Source: Verrucomicrobiota bacterium (GTDB taxonomy: Bacteria > Verrucomicrobiota > Verrucomicrobiia > Limisphaerales > CANJSG01). From it: a stretch of DNA of 51,337 nt. Made by a program: the position numbers and the translations under genes. Shown here piece by piece: positions 7,094 through 16,947 of the stretch. Position 1 is the stretch's first letter; every line of letters begins with the position of its first letter. The notes beneath the pieces were generated by a model that was given only the letters and a program-made list of their open reading frames with translations, ran no database searches and had not been told where the DNA came from. The DNA lies in contig JBBQXJ010000029.1 in the NCBI GenBank assembly GCA_038209745.1, positions 1 to 51,337 on the forward strand, given 5' to 3'.

Positions 7094-9769
7094 CTATTTC
7101 GTCTTGAGATAGGCGGCGATGTCGGCGAGGTCCTGCGGGCTGAGACCCATCTGGTCGGCGCTGAGCATGAGCGAGCGGTCGAGACGTTTGATCGAGGCGA
7201 CGCGGTTCCGGGGAACCATCTGGGTCAGGCCGCCGGCGGATATGACGATGGTCGGGTCCTGGTCGGTCAGGACGATGCCGTCGATCTCGTCGCCGCTCTT
7301 GAGCTTGACCGTGGAGGCTTCGAAGCCGTGGGCGATCTCGTCGGAGGGCTTGATGACGGCGTTGATGAGGACCTCGGTGGTTTGGCGGGAGGCCCAGCCG
7401 GTGAGGTTCGGCGCGAAGTCCACCCCGGTCTCGCCGATGCGGTGGCAGGCGACGCAGGCCGAGATCTTCTGGGAGCCGCGCTGGATGTCGCCCTTGAGCT
7501 TGGCGACGTCGGCAATGGTGTATTTCGGCGCTTCGGGCGCGGTGCTGGAGACGGGCAGCAGCTCGATGGAGTCGGGATTGTAGATGCCGCGTTCTTTCAG
7601 GGCGGCGTCGAGTCCGTGGTCTTTCCATTGGTTGCCCTTGCGGTTGATGAGCCACCAGACGGAGTCGGCCTTGACCGCGCCTTCCGCACCGGCGGCGATG
7701 TCGAGCATGGCTTCGGCGGCGTCCTTGGAAGGATTGAAGCCGAGCGCGGTCGTTGCGGCTTTGCGGTCGACCGTGGCCAGGGTCTTGGCCAGCGCGCGGG
7801 TGCGGAAGTCCGCGATGCTGGCGGGGGTGTGGAGGCGCCAGGCCAAGCCCGCGACCTGGGCGGTCCACCTAAGCGGATCGGGGCTGTTCAGGGCGGGCTT
7901 GATGTAGGCGTAGACCTCGGATTCCTTGCCGGAGCAGCCGGTGCCCCAAGCTTCGAGGTAGGTGCGGTCCTGGCCGTCGTAACCCTTGGCCAAGGCAAGG
8001 AGAATGTCCTTGGACTGGTCAAACGGAAGATCGCGCATGGCGAGGGCGACTTCGCGGCGAACGGCGGGGGACTTGTCCGTGGCAAGCTTGGCCGCGTGTT
8101 CAAGAAGGTTGTGATTCTCGCGACGCAGCGCCCGGAAGGCGACGATGCGGGTCATGTCGTCGGGTTTGCTGAACCAGCCGCCGGCAAGGGTGGACTCCAC
8201 CAGGGCCACGCCGTCGGGACCAAGCTGGGAGAGGAGCCAAACGGCACGCGCGCGGATGTAGGGATTCTCATCCTTCAACAGTTTTGCAACCGGTTTGACG
8301 GCTGATGAACCTTTCGATTTCAGCGCCTGAAAGCCGCCGCCCCGCACATTGACGGCGGGACTTTTGAGAGCCGCGATGGCGCCGTCGATCGTGGTGAAAT
8401 CGACCTTGGGGATGGAGCGTTTCGAGCCTTTGCGGGCGATGCGGTAGACGGTGCCTGAAGTGGTGTCGTCCCAGTCGCCGTGGCCTCCTACCCGGGGGTC
8501 GAACCAGTCCGCCACATAGATGGCTCCATCGGGGCCGACGGTGACGTCGCTGGGTCGGAAAAGTGTGGCGAGCTCCTTGTTGTCGTTTCGTCCGCCGAGG
8601 AAGTCGGTTCCGGCGAACTTCTTCTCCTTGTTGGAGGTCAAGAAGTCGAAGCGTTCGAGCTTGTAGCCCGCTCCGTCGGGTTTCGGAAAGTAGCCGAAGA
8701 CCACGTTGCGGCCGGGTTCGCAGCTGAGCAGCATGCCGCGATATTTTTCACCGAGCGCGTTGTCTTCCACATAGGCGATGCCAGTGGGGGAGCCGCCGCC
8801 ATAGATGTCATTGGCCGGCATGGTGCCGGGATCCTCCTGGCGCCATTCCGCGATGGGGACCGTCTGACCGGGGCGCATATCGGCGTGCCAGCTGCGCTGT
8901 CCGTCCAACGAGCAGAACCCCGCGTTGCCGAACTCCATCAAGAACGTGGTGACGCACGCCGGGGGGTCGTCGTTGTCGTTCTGAAACACATCGCCGAAGG
9001 AGGTGACGGTCTGTTCGTAGCTGTTGCGAAAGTTGTGCGCGATGACCTTGACCATCGTGCCGTCGGGATTCATGCGAGCGGCGAAACCGCCTATGTAGAC
9101 GTGGCCGTCGTCGCTCTTTTGTCCGGCAATCTTGGTCGCGTCGAACAGTTGGGGGTGGCCGCCATCGCCATAGGCGCTGCCGATGCGGAAGGTCTTCCCC
9201 GAATTGTCGGTGAAGAGCGCGCCGCAGTTGCCGACGTTCCAGTACCACTGGCCGTCGGGTCCGACGGTGACGGAATGAAGGCTGTGGTCATGCTGGAAGC
9301 CGTTGAAGCCGGTGAGCAGGATCTCGCGTTTGTCGACGGCGGGGTCGAACTTCCCGTCGCGGTTCACGTCGGTGTAGACGATCATGTTCGGCGACTGGGA
9401 CACGACGATCTTGTTGTCGATCACTGCAATTCCCAGCGGTGCCTCAAGAGACGGGTCCTGGACGAACACGTGGCTGGAGTCGGCCTTACCGTCGCCGTCG
9501 GTGTCTTCCAGGACCATGATCCTGTCGCCCTCGGGGACCCGGTTGGCGTGACTGCGGTAGCGCGCGCCCTCGGCGATCCAAATGCGGCCGTCCTTGTCGA
9601 CGTCCATATTGGTAGGGTTTTTGAGCATGGGGGAGGTCGCCCAGACCGAGACTTCGAGGTCTGGATCGGACAGGGTGAACATGCTCGCTGGGACGAGAGT
9701 CTCGGCCCCGTGGAGGGACAGGGCGGCGAAGCAGGACAAGGCGGAATAGCAGGCCGGTTTATAGTTCAT
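7094..9769 (-). CDS. PVC-type heme-binding CxxCH protein (membrane-bound dehydrogenase-like beta-propeller + HEAT repeats + cytochrome c)
   Basis: Signal peptide after ATG 9769; LEDTDGDGKAD, HNFRNSYE, FRPSDVTVGPDGAIYVADW; HEAT-like repeats; CVACH, PNL and SLM in the C-terminal heme domain. Confidence 0.85.
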   Translation of the reverse strand: MNYKPACYSALSCFAALSLHGAETLVPASMFTLSDPDLEVSVWATSPMLKNPTNMDVDKDGRIWIAEGARYRSHANRVPEGDRIMVLEDTDGDGKADSSHVFVQDPSLEAPLGIAVIDNKIVVSQSPNMIVYTDVNRDGKFDPAVDKREILLTGFNGFQHDHSLHSVTVGPDGQWYWNVGNCGALFTDNSGKTFRIGSAYGDGGHPQLFDATKIAGQKSDDGHVYIGGFAARMNPDGTMVKVIAHNFRNSYEQTVTSFGDVFQNDNDDPPACVTTFLMEFGNAGFCSLDGQRSWHADMRPGQTVPIAEWRQEDPGTMPANDIYGGGSPTGIAYVEDNALGEKYRGMLLSCEPGRNVVFGYFPKPDGAGYKLERFDFLTSNKEKKFAGTDFLGGRNDNKELATLFRPSDVTVGPDGAIYVADWFDPRVGGHGDWDDTTSGTVYRIARKGSKRSIPKVDFTTIDGAIAALKSPAVNVRGGGFQALKSKGSSAVKPVAKLLKDENPYIRARAVWLLSQLGPDGVALVESTLAGGWFSKPDDMTRIVAFRALRRENHNLLEHAAKLATDKSPAVRREVALAMRDLPFDQSKDILLALAKGYDGQDRTYLEAWGTGCSGKESEVYAYIKPALNSPDPLRWTAQVAGLAWRLHTPASIADFRTRALAKTLATVDRKAATTALGFNPSKDAAEAMLDIAAGAEGAVKADSVWWLINRKGNQWKDHGLDAALKERGIYNPDSIELLPVSSTAPEAPKYTIADVAKLKGDIQRGSQKISACVACHRIGETGVDFAPNLTGWASRQTTEVLINAVIKPSDEIAHGFEASTVKLKSGDEIDGIVLTDQDPTIVISAGGLTQMVPRNRVASIKRLDRSLMLSADQMGLSPQDLADIAAYLKTK

Positions 9770-10224
9770 GCGGATGGGCCAGTGTGGCGAAAAGAAGGCC
9801 TTGGAGACCACTGGATTTTTGATTTTATAACCAACTTGACCGCGGATCAGGGGGTTCATCTTCAAAGAAATAGAGTTCAAGGGCTTCGCATCTGCCCCTT
9901 CGGAATTGGATTCGGGTGGATTGGTGCCCCGTAAAACGTCGCAGAAACGGCACTTTCCGGTTGCGCGATCGGTGGACATCCCTAAATTTCGAGGAATCAC
10001 TCCCCGCTTATGATTGGCCTGCCAAACTATATCGTAGGATCGTCTATTTCAGCTCCTGTGCTGTTGATAGCTTTCGGTCTCGTCTGGGTCTTCCTGCTTG
10101 TCGGTGCACTGACCCTTGCGGCCGCCAATGGCCGTGACACCGGGAAAGTTTCGGCCCGTGACTGACTTTTGTTCGATTGGGCGAATTGCATGGGAAGTTT
10201 CCGCCTAACATCTCCGAAAACAGG

Positions 10225-10254
10225 TTGACCCTCGTTTCAGAGGATGATTAGCCT
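10225..10254 (+). promoter_or_regulatory. Putative sigma70 promoter of the ilv leader
   Basis: TTGACC (10225-10230), 18-bp spacer, TAGCCT (10249-10254), ending 9 nt before the leader ATG. Confidence 0.5.
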
Positions 10255-10263
10255 CCCCGCCGC

Positions 10264-10308
10264 ATGATTTTCTTGCTCAGCTATCTGGTAGTAGTCCGCC
10301 CTGCGTAA
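10264..10308 (+). CDS. Branched-chain amino acid attenuator leader peptide MIFLLSYLVVVRPA
   Basis: 14-codon ORF with 1 Ile, 3 Leu and 3 consecutive Val codons, upstream of a terminator and of ilvN. Confidence 0.8.
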   Translation: MIFLLSYLVVVRPA

Positions 10309-10340
10309 GGCGGCCCGGTAGCTGGCTCATCTACTGGTCG

Positions 10341-10376
10341 CCCGCAGTTCCGGCTCGGAACGCGGGTTTTTGTTTT
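10341..10376 (+). terminator. Attenuator terminator of the ilvN-ilvC leader
   Basis: CCCGC-A-GTTCCG-GCT-CGGAAC-GCGGG hairpin followed by TTTTTGTTTT, 49 nt before the ilvN start. Confidence 0.85.
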
Positions 10377-10425
10377 GCAAGATCCACGGATACGGACGGG
10401 ACGGTGGAGCGGCCGCCAATAAACT

Positions 10426-10899
10426 ATGAGACACACGATATCGGTTCTGGTGGAGAACAAGTTCGGCGTGCTGACGCGCGTCACCGGGCTGTTCAGCGGC
10501 CGCGGCTACAACATCGACTCGCTCAACGTCGGCCCGACGCACGACCCGTCGCTCTCCCGCATGACCATCGTCACCACGGGTGACGATGCGACGGTCGAGC
10601 AGATCTGCAAGCAGCTCAACAAGCTGATCGACGTGGTGAAGGTGATCGACTGCGGCGCCGGCGCCTACATCGACCGTGAACTCGTTTTGATCAAGGTTAA
10701 GACAGGCAAGTCCAACCGGGCCGAAGTCGCCCAGATGGCCGAGCTGTTCCGAGCGAAGGTGGTCGACGTCCAGCCGGACAATCTCACCATCGAAATCACC
10801 GGTGGTGAAGCCAAGGTGTCCAAGTTCATCGACCTGATGAAGGGGTTCACCATCCTCGATCTGACTCGGACTGGCCAAGTCGCGCTACCGCGTGATTGA
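10426..10899 (+). CDS. ilvN: Acetolactate synthase small (regulatory) subunit
   Basis: MRHTISVLVENKFGVLTRVTGLFSGRGYNIDSLNV ACT domain; QLNKLIDV; RTG.VAL.R C-terminus. Confidence 0.96.
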   Translation: MRHTISVLVENKFGVLTRVTGLFSGRGYNIDSLNVGPTHDPSLSRMTIVTTGDDATVEQICKQLNKLIDVVKVIDCGAGAYIDRELVLIKVKTGKSNRAEVAQMAELFRAKVVDVQPDNLTIEITGGEAKVSKFIDLMKGFTILDLTRTGQVALPRD

Positions 10900-10938
10900 T
10901 CCCGTTTTCCACTCGTTTTTTCTCCATCCCAACTATCT

Positions 10939-11961
10939 ATGGCAAAAGTCTACACCGACAAAGACGCTGATCTCGGCGTGCTCAAAGGCAAAACCCTCGC
11001 CGTTCTCGGCTTCGGCTCCCAGGGCCACGCCCACGCGCTGAACCTCAAGGAATCCGGCCTCAAGGTCATCATCGGCCTCTACGAAGGTTCGAAGTCCATC
11101 GCGGTCGCTCAGGAAAAAGGATTCGAGGTTTTCAATACCGCCGAAGCGGTCAAACGGGCTGACGTGATCATGGTCGCACTGCCCGACACGAAGCAGCCGG
11201 CGGCCTACGAGAAGTCCATCGCCCCCTACTTGACCAAGGGTAAAACCCTCGTTTTCAGCCACGGGTTCGCGATTCATTTCAAGACCCTCGTCCCACCGGC
11301 GGACGTGAATGTCATCCTCGTCGCCCCCAAGGGCCCGGGACACATCGTTCGCCGTCAATATCTTGAGGGCAAAGGCGTTCCTTCGCTGATCGCCGTGTAT
11401 CAAAACCCCGGCAAGGACGCGAAGAAGATCGCACTTGCGTGGGCCAAGGGCATCGGCGGCACCCGCGCCGGCGTCCTCGAGACCTCGTTCAAGGAAGAGA
11501 CCGAGACGGATCTCTTCGGCGAGCAGGTCGTCCTCTGCGGTGGCGCTTCGGCGCTGGTTCAAGCGGGCTTTGAGGTGCTCACCGAAGCCGGCTACAGCCC
11601 GGAAATGGCCTACTTTGAATGCCTGCACGAATTGAAGCTCATCGTCGATTTGATGAACGAATCGGGCATCGCCGGAATGCGCTTCTCGATCTCCGAGACC
11701 GCCAAGTGGGGCGACGTGTCCGTCGGCCCCAAGATCATCGACGCCAGCGTCAAGAAGCGCATGAAGGCGGCTCTCAAGGACATCCAGAGCGGCAAGTTCG
11801 CCAAGAACTGGGTTGCCGAATACAAGAACGGCTACAAGAAATACAACGCTCTGCTTAAGAAGGGTGAACAGCACCCGATCGAAAAGACCGGTGCCAAGCT
11901 CCGGGCGCTGATGCCTTGGATGAAGAAGAAAAACCTGAAGGGCGCGCAGGCTTCCTATTGA
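10939..11961 (+). CDS. ilvC: Ketol-acid reductoisomerase
   Basis: [52 protein letters not shown]. Confidence 0.98.
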   Translation: MAKVYTDKDADLGVLKGKTLAVLGFGSQGHAHALNLKESGLKVIIGLYEGSKSIAVAQEKGFEVFNTAEAVKRADVIMVALPDTKQPAAYEKSIAPYLTKGKTLVFSHGFAIHFKTLVPPADVNVILVAPKGPGHIVRRQYLEGKGVPSLIAVYQNPGKDAKKIALAWAKGIGGTRAGVLETSFKEETETDLFGEQVVLCGGASALVQAGFEVLTEAGYSPEMAYFECLHELKLIVDLMNESGIAGMRFSISETAKWGDVSVGPKIIDASVKKRMKAALKDIQSGKFAKNWVAEYKNGYKKYNALLKKGEQHPIEKTGAKLRALMPWMKKKNLKGAQASY

Positions 11962-11994
11962 TTGGCCAGACCGCCCGTGGATCAGTCGACTACA

Positions 11995-12026
11995 GCGCCG
12001 GTTCCGCCTCGCGGGACCGGCGTTTT
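11995..12026 (+). terminator. Intrinsic terminator after ilvC
   Basis: GCGCCGGTTCCGC-CTC-GCGGGACCGGCGT hairpin followed by TTT. Confidence 0.7.
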
Positions 12027-12090
12027 AGGTTCCTTGGCAACCAAATGCCAGGACTGGTGTTTCCTCAAAAGCGTGAATAGTTTCCAAAGC

Positions 12091-12894
12091 ATGAAACACG
12101 GCAGAATTGCGTCCGGGCTGATCGCGATAGTCGCGGCGGGCGCCGCCATGGCGAGTTCCCCGGACAATCCCTACAGGATCATCGCGGAGAAGAACGCGTT
12201 TCGGCTGAACCCGCCTCCTGTTGTGGTCCCGCCGGAGGCACCTATCATCGAAGAGAAGACCAACCTTCGCTTCACGGGCCTTTCTTGGAATGGCCCCGCC
12301 GTCAGCGCGTGGCTGGCGATCGACTCGCTGGAGCCGGGCGGCACTTCGACTTACTTGGCCTTGGCTCCGGGAGAAAAGGCTTCGGGTGTCGAAATCTTGG
12401 GAATCGACGAAGGCACCCAGAAAGTAAAGGTCCAGTATCGCGATAAACCGTTGACGCTTTCCATGGATACGGCGATCACGCCGGCGGGTCCTGCGGGGCG
12501 CACGATCCCCGGGCTTCCCAACGTTCCTCGCGGCGTTCGGCCGACCGCCGCGATCCCGGGACTAAACAACGGTGCTGTCGCCAATCCGACCGGGGGAGCC
12601 AGTCGTTCCCTAAATTCGAGGATACCGGCGCCGCCGGGGCAGCCGAACAACAATAATTTCCGCTCGATTCCGCAGCGGACAGTCCGGGGAGGGGCCACCG
12701 GCGCGTCGTCCAGATTCGGATCCGGGGGAGTGGCCAATCCATCGCCGCTGGCGAATCCCGGCAACACCGGGAACCAGGCTGGCGGAGCCTCGCGCCCGTT
12801 GACCTTGGAGGAATCGACGATCGCGGTCGAAGTCCAGCGGGCGGTTCAGCCACCCGGTTTTCCGCCGCTGCCTCCGACCGTCTTGAGCCAGTAA
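12091..12894 (+). CDS. Secreted Pro-rich hypothetical protein (possible GspC/PilP-like accessory protein)
   Basis: Signal peptide MKHGRIASGLIAIVAAGAAMA; NPY..I..KNAFRL.PPP; beta-rich core (L.FTG..., EILGIDE...VKV); long Pro/Gly tail. Confidence 0.6.
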   Translation: MKHGRIASGLIAIVAAGAAMASSPDNPYRIIAEKNAFRLNPPPVVVPPEAPIIEEKTNLRFTGLSWNGPAVSAWLAIDSLEPGGTSTYLALAPGEKASGVEILGIDEGTQKVKVQYRDKPLTLSMDTAITPAGPAGRTIPGLPNVPRGVRPTAAIPGLNNGAVANPTGGASRSLNSRIPAPPGQPNNNNFRSIPQRTVRGGATGASSRFGSGGVANPSPLANPGNTGNQAGGASRPLTLEESTIAVEVQRAVQPPGFPPLPPTVLSQ

Positions 12895-12925
12895 TCGACC
12901 TGCTCCTTCCGTTCCGGCGTGGGAG

Positions 12926-13528
12926 CTATTCCTCTTCTTGGGCCATGGCGGCTTCGACGGTTCCGAGGAGTTCCTGGCGTCCGCGCCGATTGATGGACGA
13001 GCAGGTGAAAATCTCGGGCAGTTCCTCGAACCATTCCGACATCTTCTCCGTGAAGGCCGACATGTTGGTCGAGAGTTTGGTCGGCGTGATCCGGTCCACC
13101 TTGGTGAAGACCATCACAATGGGCGCGGAGATATTGGCCAGCCACTGGACGAATTCCAGGTCGAGCTTCTGGGGAGGCAATTTCGAATCGATGAGGACGA
13201 AAACACCGGCGAGACCCTGGCGGTTCTCAAGGTAGTCTTCCACGGCTCGGTTGAACCGGGCCTTGTCCCTCCGCGCCACTTGGGCGAAGCCATATCCGGG
13301 CAGATCGACCATCCTCCACTTTTTATTGATCTCGAAGAAGTTGATGAGCTTCGTGTGGCCCGGAGTGGCGGATACCTTGGCCAGATCCTTCTTCCCCGTG
13401 AGCATGTTCAGCAGCGACGACTTGCCGACGTTGGAACGGCCGATGAAGGCGAATTCCGGGAGGCTGGGAGGGGGGCACGAGGCGAGGTCCGGTGCGCTGA
13501 GTTCAAAGATGGCGGAAGAAATCTGCAT
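12926..13528 (-). CDS. engB: Ribosome biogenesis GTP-binding protein YihA/YsxC (EngB)
   Basis: EFAFIGRSNVGKSSLLN, S.TPGHT, DLPGYG, TKVD. Confidence 0.96.
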   Translation of the reverse strand: MQISSAIFELSAPDLASCPPPSLPEFAFIGRSNVGKSSLLNMLTGKKDLAKVSATPGHTKLINFFEINKKWRMVDLPGYGFAQVARRDKARFNRAVEDYLENRQGLAGVFVLIDSKLPPQKLDLEFVQWLANISAPIVMVFTKVDRITPTKLSTNMSAFTEKMSEWFEELPEIFTCSSINRRGRQELLGTVEAAMAQEEE

Positions 13529-13573
13529 GGGTAAAAATATGATGTCGGAGTTTTCCAGCTTTTGTGGGCCGGC

Positions 13574-15403
13574 CTACTCCGCTTGGATTTGAACGATCTC
13601 GCCCTTGAACACTTCGAGGGCCTTCTGGATCAGCGGGTCGTTCTTGAAGTCTTCTTTGGTCAAAAGGGTTGTTGGCCCTGCTGGAGCAGTGCCGCGTGGA
13701 GGCTGTGGACGTCCGCCAGCGCCGGGCACCGGATCGGGATCGAAGGGAGGCGGTTCCTCCGCTATGGGAGCCACCTCCGGAGCCCAACCGGCCGGCGGTT
13801 CGGCTTGGACGAACTTCACCTGAGGGCTGGACATTCCCAGCTCCTGCAACGTCGCCTGGAGGTTTCGGTGGTTCGTCGGATTGTCGGCCATCGGCAGATG
13901 GGCGGCGAAGGCGGGGGGGAAACCGATGGTGAGAGCATTTCCCTTGAGAGAAACCGGGAACGCGCTCTGCAAATAGGTTTTCAGGAAGACGAACTTCGGT
14001 CCGGAAAGGGCGGCCAGCAGTCTGGGCCAAAGCTCGATCACATCGACCGCTGAAACCGAGACTGGAACCCGAGGCTCTGGGGGCCTGGGAGGGGCGATGG
14101 ACACTGGAGAAGTGGCGGCGGCCGGAGCGAGCGGAACGCTGAGTTGAGGCGTGGGCTTGGGTCGTTCAGGCGCGGGTGCGGGTGCGGGGACGGGGACGCC
14201 CGGAGCAGGGGAATTGGATGAAGCGGCGGGACCCTGGTAGGAGGCTCCCGAAGAATCTGCTTCCTGCCGCAGCGCGTTCAACTGTTTCAGAACGGCGTCG
14301 AGGCTGATGGCGGTGCGGCCTTCGATGGCTTTGATCAGCGTGACTTCGAGCAGGATCTTCTTGGAAACCGCGTCGCGGAAGCGGCCCTCCGCATCGGTCA
14401 TGATCTCCAGCACGCGGGTCAGCCCGTCGGATGAGATCAGACCGGCGTTTTCCTCGAGGGCGGCCGTTTCCGTATCGGAAACTTCGAGGAGGCTGAGATC
14501 TCCCTTGGAGACCTGGTAGATCAGGAGATTACGGAAGAGCCCGAGGAGATCGGTGAGGAGACGGCCGAGATCCTTGCCCTGATGGGCCAGCTGGTTGAGC
14601 TCGCGGAGGGCGGTGTCGGCATTCCCGTCGAGCACCGCGCGGACGAGCGCGAGGATCTGGCCCTGGGCGGTCAGGCCGAACATCGAGAGAACGTCGCCCT
14701 CGGCGATCTCGGTTCCGCAGAAACTGATGAGCTGATCAAGGGTCGATTCGGCGTCGCGCATGCCGCCCTCGGCCGCTCGGGCCACGGCGTAGAGCGCTTC
14801 ATGATCGATGGTGACGCCTTCCTTGCCGGCGATCTCGGACAGGTGTTTGGCGATCAGCGGCGTCGGAATCCGGCGCAGATCAAAGCGCTGGCAGCGGCTG
14901 AGAATCGTGGGGAGAACCTTCTGCGGATCGGTCGTGGCGAAGAGGAACTTCACGTGGGCCGGGGGCTCTTCGAGCGTCTTCAGCAGGGCGTTGAACGCCG
15001 CTGTCGAGAGCATGTGGACCTCGTCGATGATGTAGATTTTGAACTTCGAGGAGGCGGGAGCGAATTTGCAGGTCTCGCGCAGTTCACGCACCTGTTCGAC
15101 GCCGTTGTTCGAGGCGCCGTCGATCTCCATCACGTCCAGCGATCGTCCGTCGGTGATCTCCTGCACGCGGGGATCGGCGTCGTCGAATTCGACCTTCGGT
15201 CCACCCGTGCAGTTCAGGGCCTTGGCGAAAATGCGGGCCACGGTGGTCTTGCCGGTGCCGCGCGGGCCGCAGAAGAGGTAGGCGTGGGCGACGCGGCCGG
15301 CGTTGATGGCGTTGGCCAGCGTGCGGGTGACGTGTTCCTGGCCGATGACGTCCTCGAAACGCTGCGGGCGGTATTTCCGGGCAATGACCTGGTAGGAAGA
15401 CAT
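13574..15403 (-). CDS. dnaX: DNA polymerase III subunit gamma/tau
   Basis: MSSYQVIARKYRPQRF, GPRGTGKTT, EIDGASNNGV, IIDEVHML, SRCQRF; start set to ATG 15403. Confidence 0.97.
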   Translation of the reverse strand: MSSYQVIARKYRPQRFEDVIGQEHVTRTLANAINAGRVAHAYLFCGPRGTGKTTVARIFAKALNCTGGPKVEFDDADPRVQEITDGRSLDVMEIDGASNNGVEQVRELRETCKFAPASSKFKIYIIDEVHMLSTAAFNALLKTLEEPPAHVKFLFATTDPQKVLPTILSRCQRFDLRRIPTPLIAKHLSEIAGKEGVTIDHEALYAVARAAEGGMRDAESTLDQLISFCGTEIAEGDVLSMFGLTAQGQILALVRAVLDGNADTALRELNQLAHQGKDLGRLLTDLLGLFRNLLIYQVSKGDLSLLEVSDTETAALEENAGLISSDGLTRVLEIMTDAEGRFRDAVSKKILLEVTLIKAIEGRTAISLDAVLKQLNALRQEADSSGASYQGPAASSNSPAPGVPVPAPAPAPERPKPTPQLSVPLAPAAATSPVSIAPPRPPEPRVPVSVSAVDVIELWPRLLAALSGPKFVFLKTYLQSAFPVSLKGNALTIGFPPAFAAHLPMADNPTNHRNLQATLQELGMSSPQVKFVQAEPPAGWAPEVAPIAEEPPPFDPDPVPGAGGRPQPPRGTAPAGPTTLLTKEDFKNDPLIQKALEVFKGEIVQIQAE

Positions 15404-15546
15404 TCGGGATTTCGGATGCTGGTTTTCGACGGTCGATTTCGACGTGCAGCGTGGGATGGAACGCGGGAAGCGGGAAGCGGAAAAACTCCCGGGCGAGCTG
15501 CCTGTTTCGATCCCTTTTCCTCCGGGCCTAGATCCAAGCGATCCCG

Positions 15547-16947
15547 CTACGACTTCCAGCCGCCGCCCAGCGATCGGTAGACGGTAACAGAGTTCAACAG
15601 CTGGGCCGCTTGAAACCTGAGGAGGGTTTGGCGGGCGGCGTAGAGATCCTGTTGGGCCCGGAGCACCTCCACATAGTTGTCCACCCCGACGCGATAGCGT
15701 GCGTTCGTGAGGTCGAACCGCTTTTGCTGGGCTTGAAACAGCCGTTCCTGGGCTTCGATCTGGGTGTCGATGGTCCGACGGGCGGCGAAGGCGTCCGCGA
15801 TCTCCCGAAACGCCGTCCGCACGGCCTTTTCGTAGTTGGCGATCTCGATCCGTTTGCTGATTTTGGAAACGTCGAGCTCGGCCCTGGCGGCACCCATGTT
15901 GAAAATGGGAACCGTGATCTGGGGGGAGAAGTTCCAAGTGACGGAGGGGCCGGTGAACAAATCCGTCAACTTGGCGCTGGCGACTCCGCCGGATCCGGTC
16001 AGCAGAATCCTTGGAAAGAACGCGGCTTTCAGTGCGCCGATGTCGGCGTTGGCGGCTTTCAACGTGTGCTCCGCCGCCATGATGTCCGGCCGGTTTAGCA
16101 GAATGTCGGACGACATGCCCGGGGGCAGGTCGGCGAGCAACGGAAGATCTTCCGGAAGCGGGTCGGCACCTAGGTCGTCCGGCAACGGCTGCCCGACCAC
16201 CAGTTCCAAGGCGTTCCTGGCTTCGATCGCCTGCTGCGACAGCGTCGCCAGATCGACCTGCGCGGTCTGCACCTGTGCCTCTGCGGTCCGCAGATCCAGC
16301 TCGGACACGGCCCCTGCTTCGAAGCTGCGCTGGTTCAGCTCGAACGATGCACCGACCGCTTCCAGCGTCTGCTGCGCGATCTTCCTGGCCGCGTTCAACT
16401 GGGCGAGCGTCAGATACTGGGACGCCACTTCCGCCACCAACGAGATCTGCGCGGCCTTGCGGGCCTCTTCGGTGGCGAAGAATTTCTCGAGGGCTTCTTT
16501 GTTCAAGCTGCGGACGCGGCCGAAAAGGTCCACCTCATAGGCCGCCGTCGCATTGACCGAGTAGGTGTTTCGGATGGTGCCCTGATTGAAGCCGGAGATC
16601 GTGCCGGACGTTTTTTGGCGGAGAAAGCCGGCATCGCCCTGAACGCCTGGAAAGAGCCCGGATCGTTGGATCCGATATTGGGCGCGGGTCTGTTCGACCC
16701 GGAGCATTGCGACCCGAAGATCAGAATTGTTGGTCAAGGCCCGCCCAACCAGATCTCTCAGGTGCGGGTCCTTGATGAAGTCCTGCCAGGCTAGATCGGC
16801 GACGACCGCGGCATTCGTTCCGGATGACGCCGCAGCACGCGGCCAGTCGGTCCGCAAGGCGGGAGCGGGCCGCTCATACTTCGGCATCATAGTGCATCCG
16901 CCGAGGAGCGCGCCCAGCCCGGTGAGCAAAACCAGGTTCATTTTCAT
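15547..16947 (-). CDS. oprM: RND efflux outer membrane lipoprotein, NodT/OprM family
   Basis: Lipobox LLGGC followed by [34 protein letters not shown]-terminal YRSLGGGW. Confidence 0.9.
   Translation of the reverse strand: MKMNLVLLTGLGALLGGCTMMPKYERPAPALRTDWPRAAASSGTNAAVVADLAWQDFIKDPHLRDLVGRALTNNSDLRVAMLRVEQTRAQYRIQRSGLFPGVQGDAGFLRQKTSGTISGFNQGTIRNTYSVNATAAYEVDLFGRVRSLNKEALEKFFATEEARKAAQISLVAEVASQYLTLAQLNAARKIAQQTLEAVGASFELNQRSFEAGAVSELDLRTAEAQVQTAQVDLATLSQQAIEARNALELVVGQPLPDDLGADPLPEDLPLLADLPPGMSSDILLNRPDIMAAEHTLKAANADIGALKAAFFPRILLTGSGGVASAKLTDLFTGPSVTWNFSPQITVPIFNMGAARAELDVSKISKRIEIANYEKAVRTAFREIADAFAARRTIDTQIEAQERLFQAQQKRFDLTNARYRVGVDNYVEVLRAQQDLYAARQTLLRFQAAQLLNSVTVYRSLGGGWKS

Noticed and set aside
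15404..15546. SRP RNA (ffs), often found upstream of dnaX
   Set aside because: No CAGG..GGAA..AGCAG helix 8 motif; only short GCGGGAA repeats.
13574..15937. 787-aa DnaX with long N-terminal extension, or a programmed gamma/tau frameshift
   Set aside because: The extension overlaps the oprM-like gene and the conserved N-terminus begins at 15403; no A-AAA-AAG slippery site was seen.
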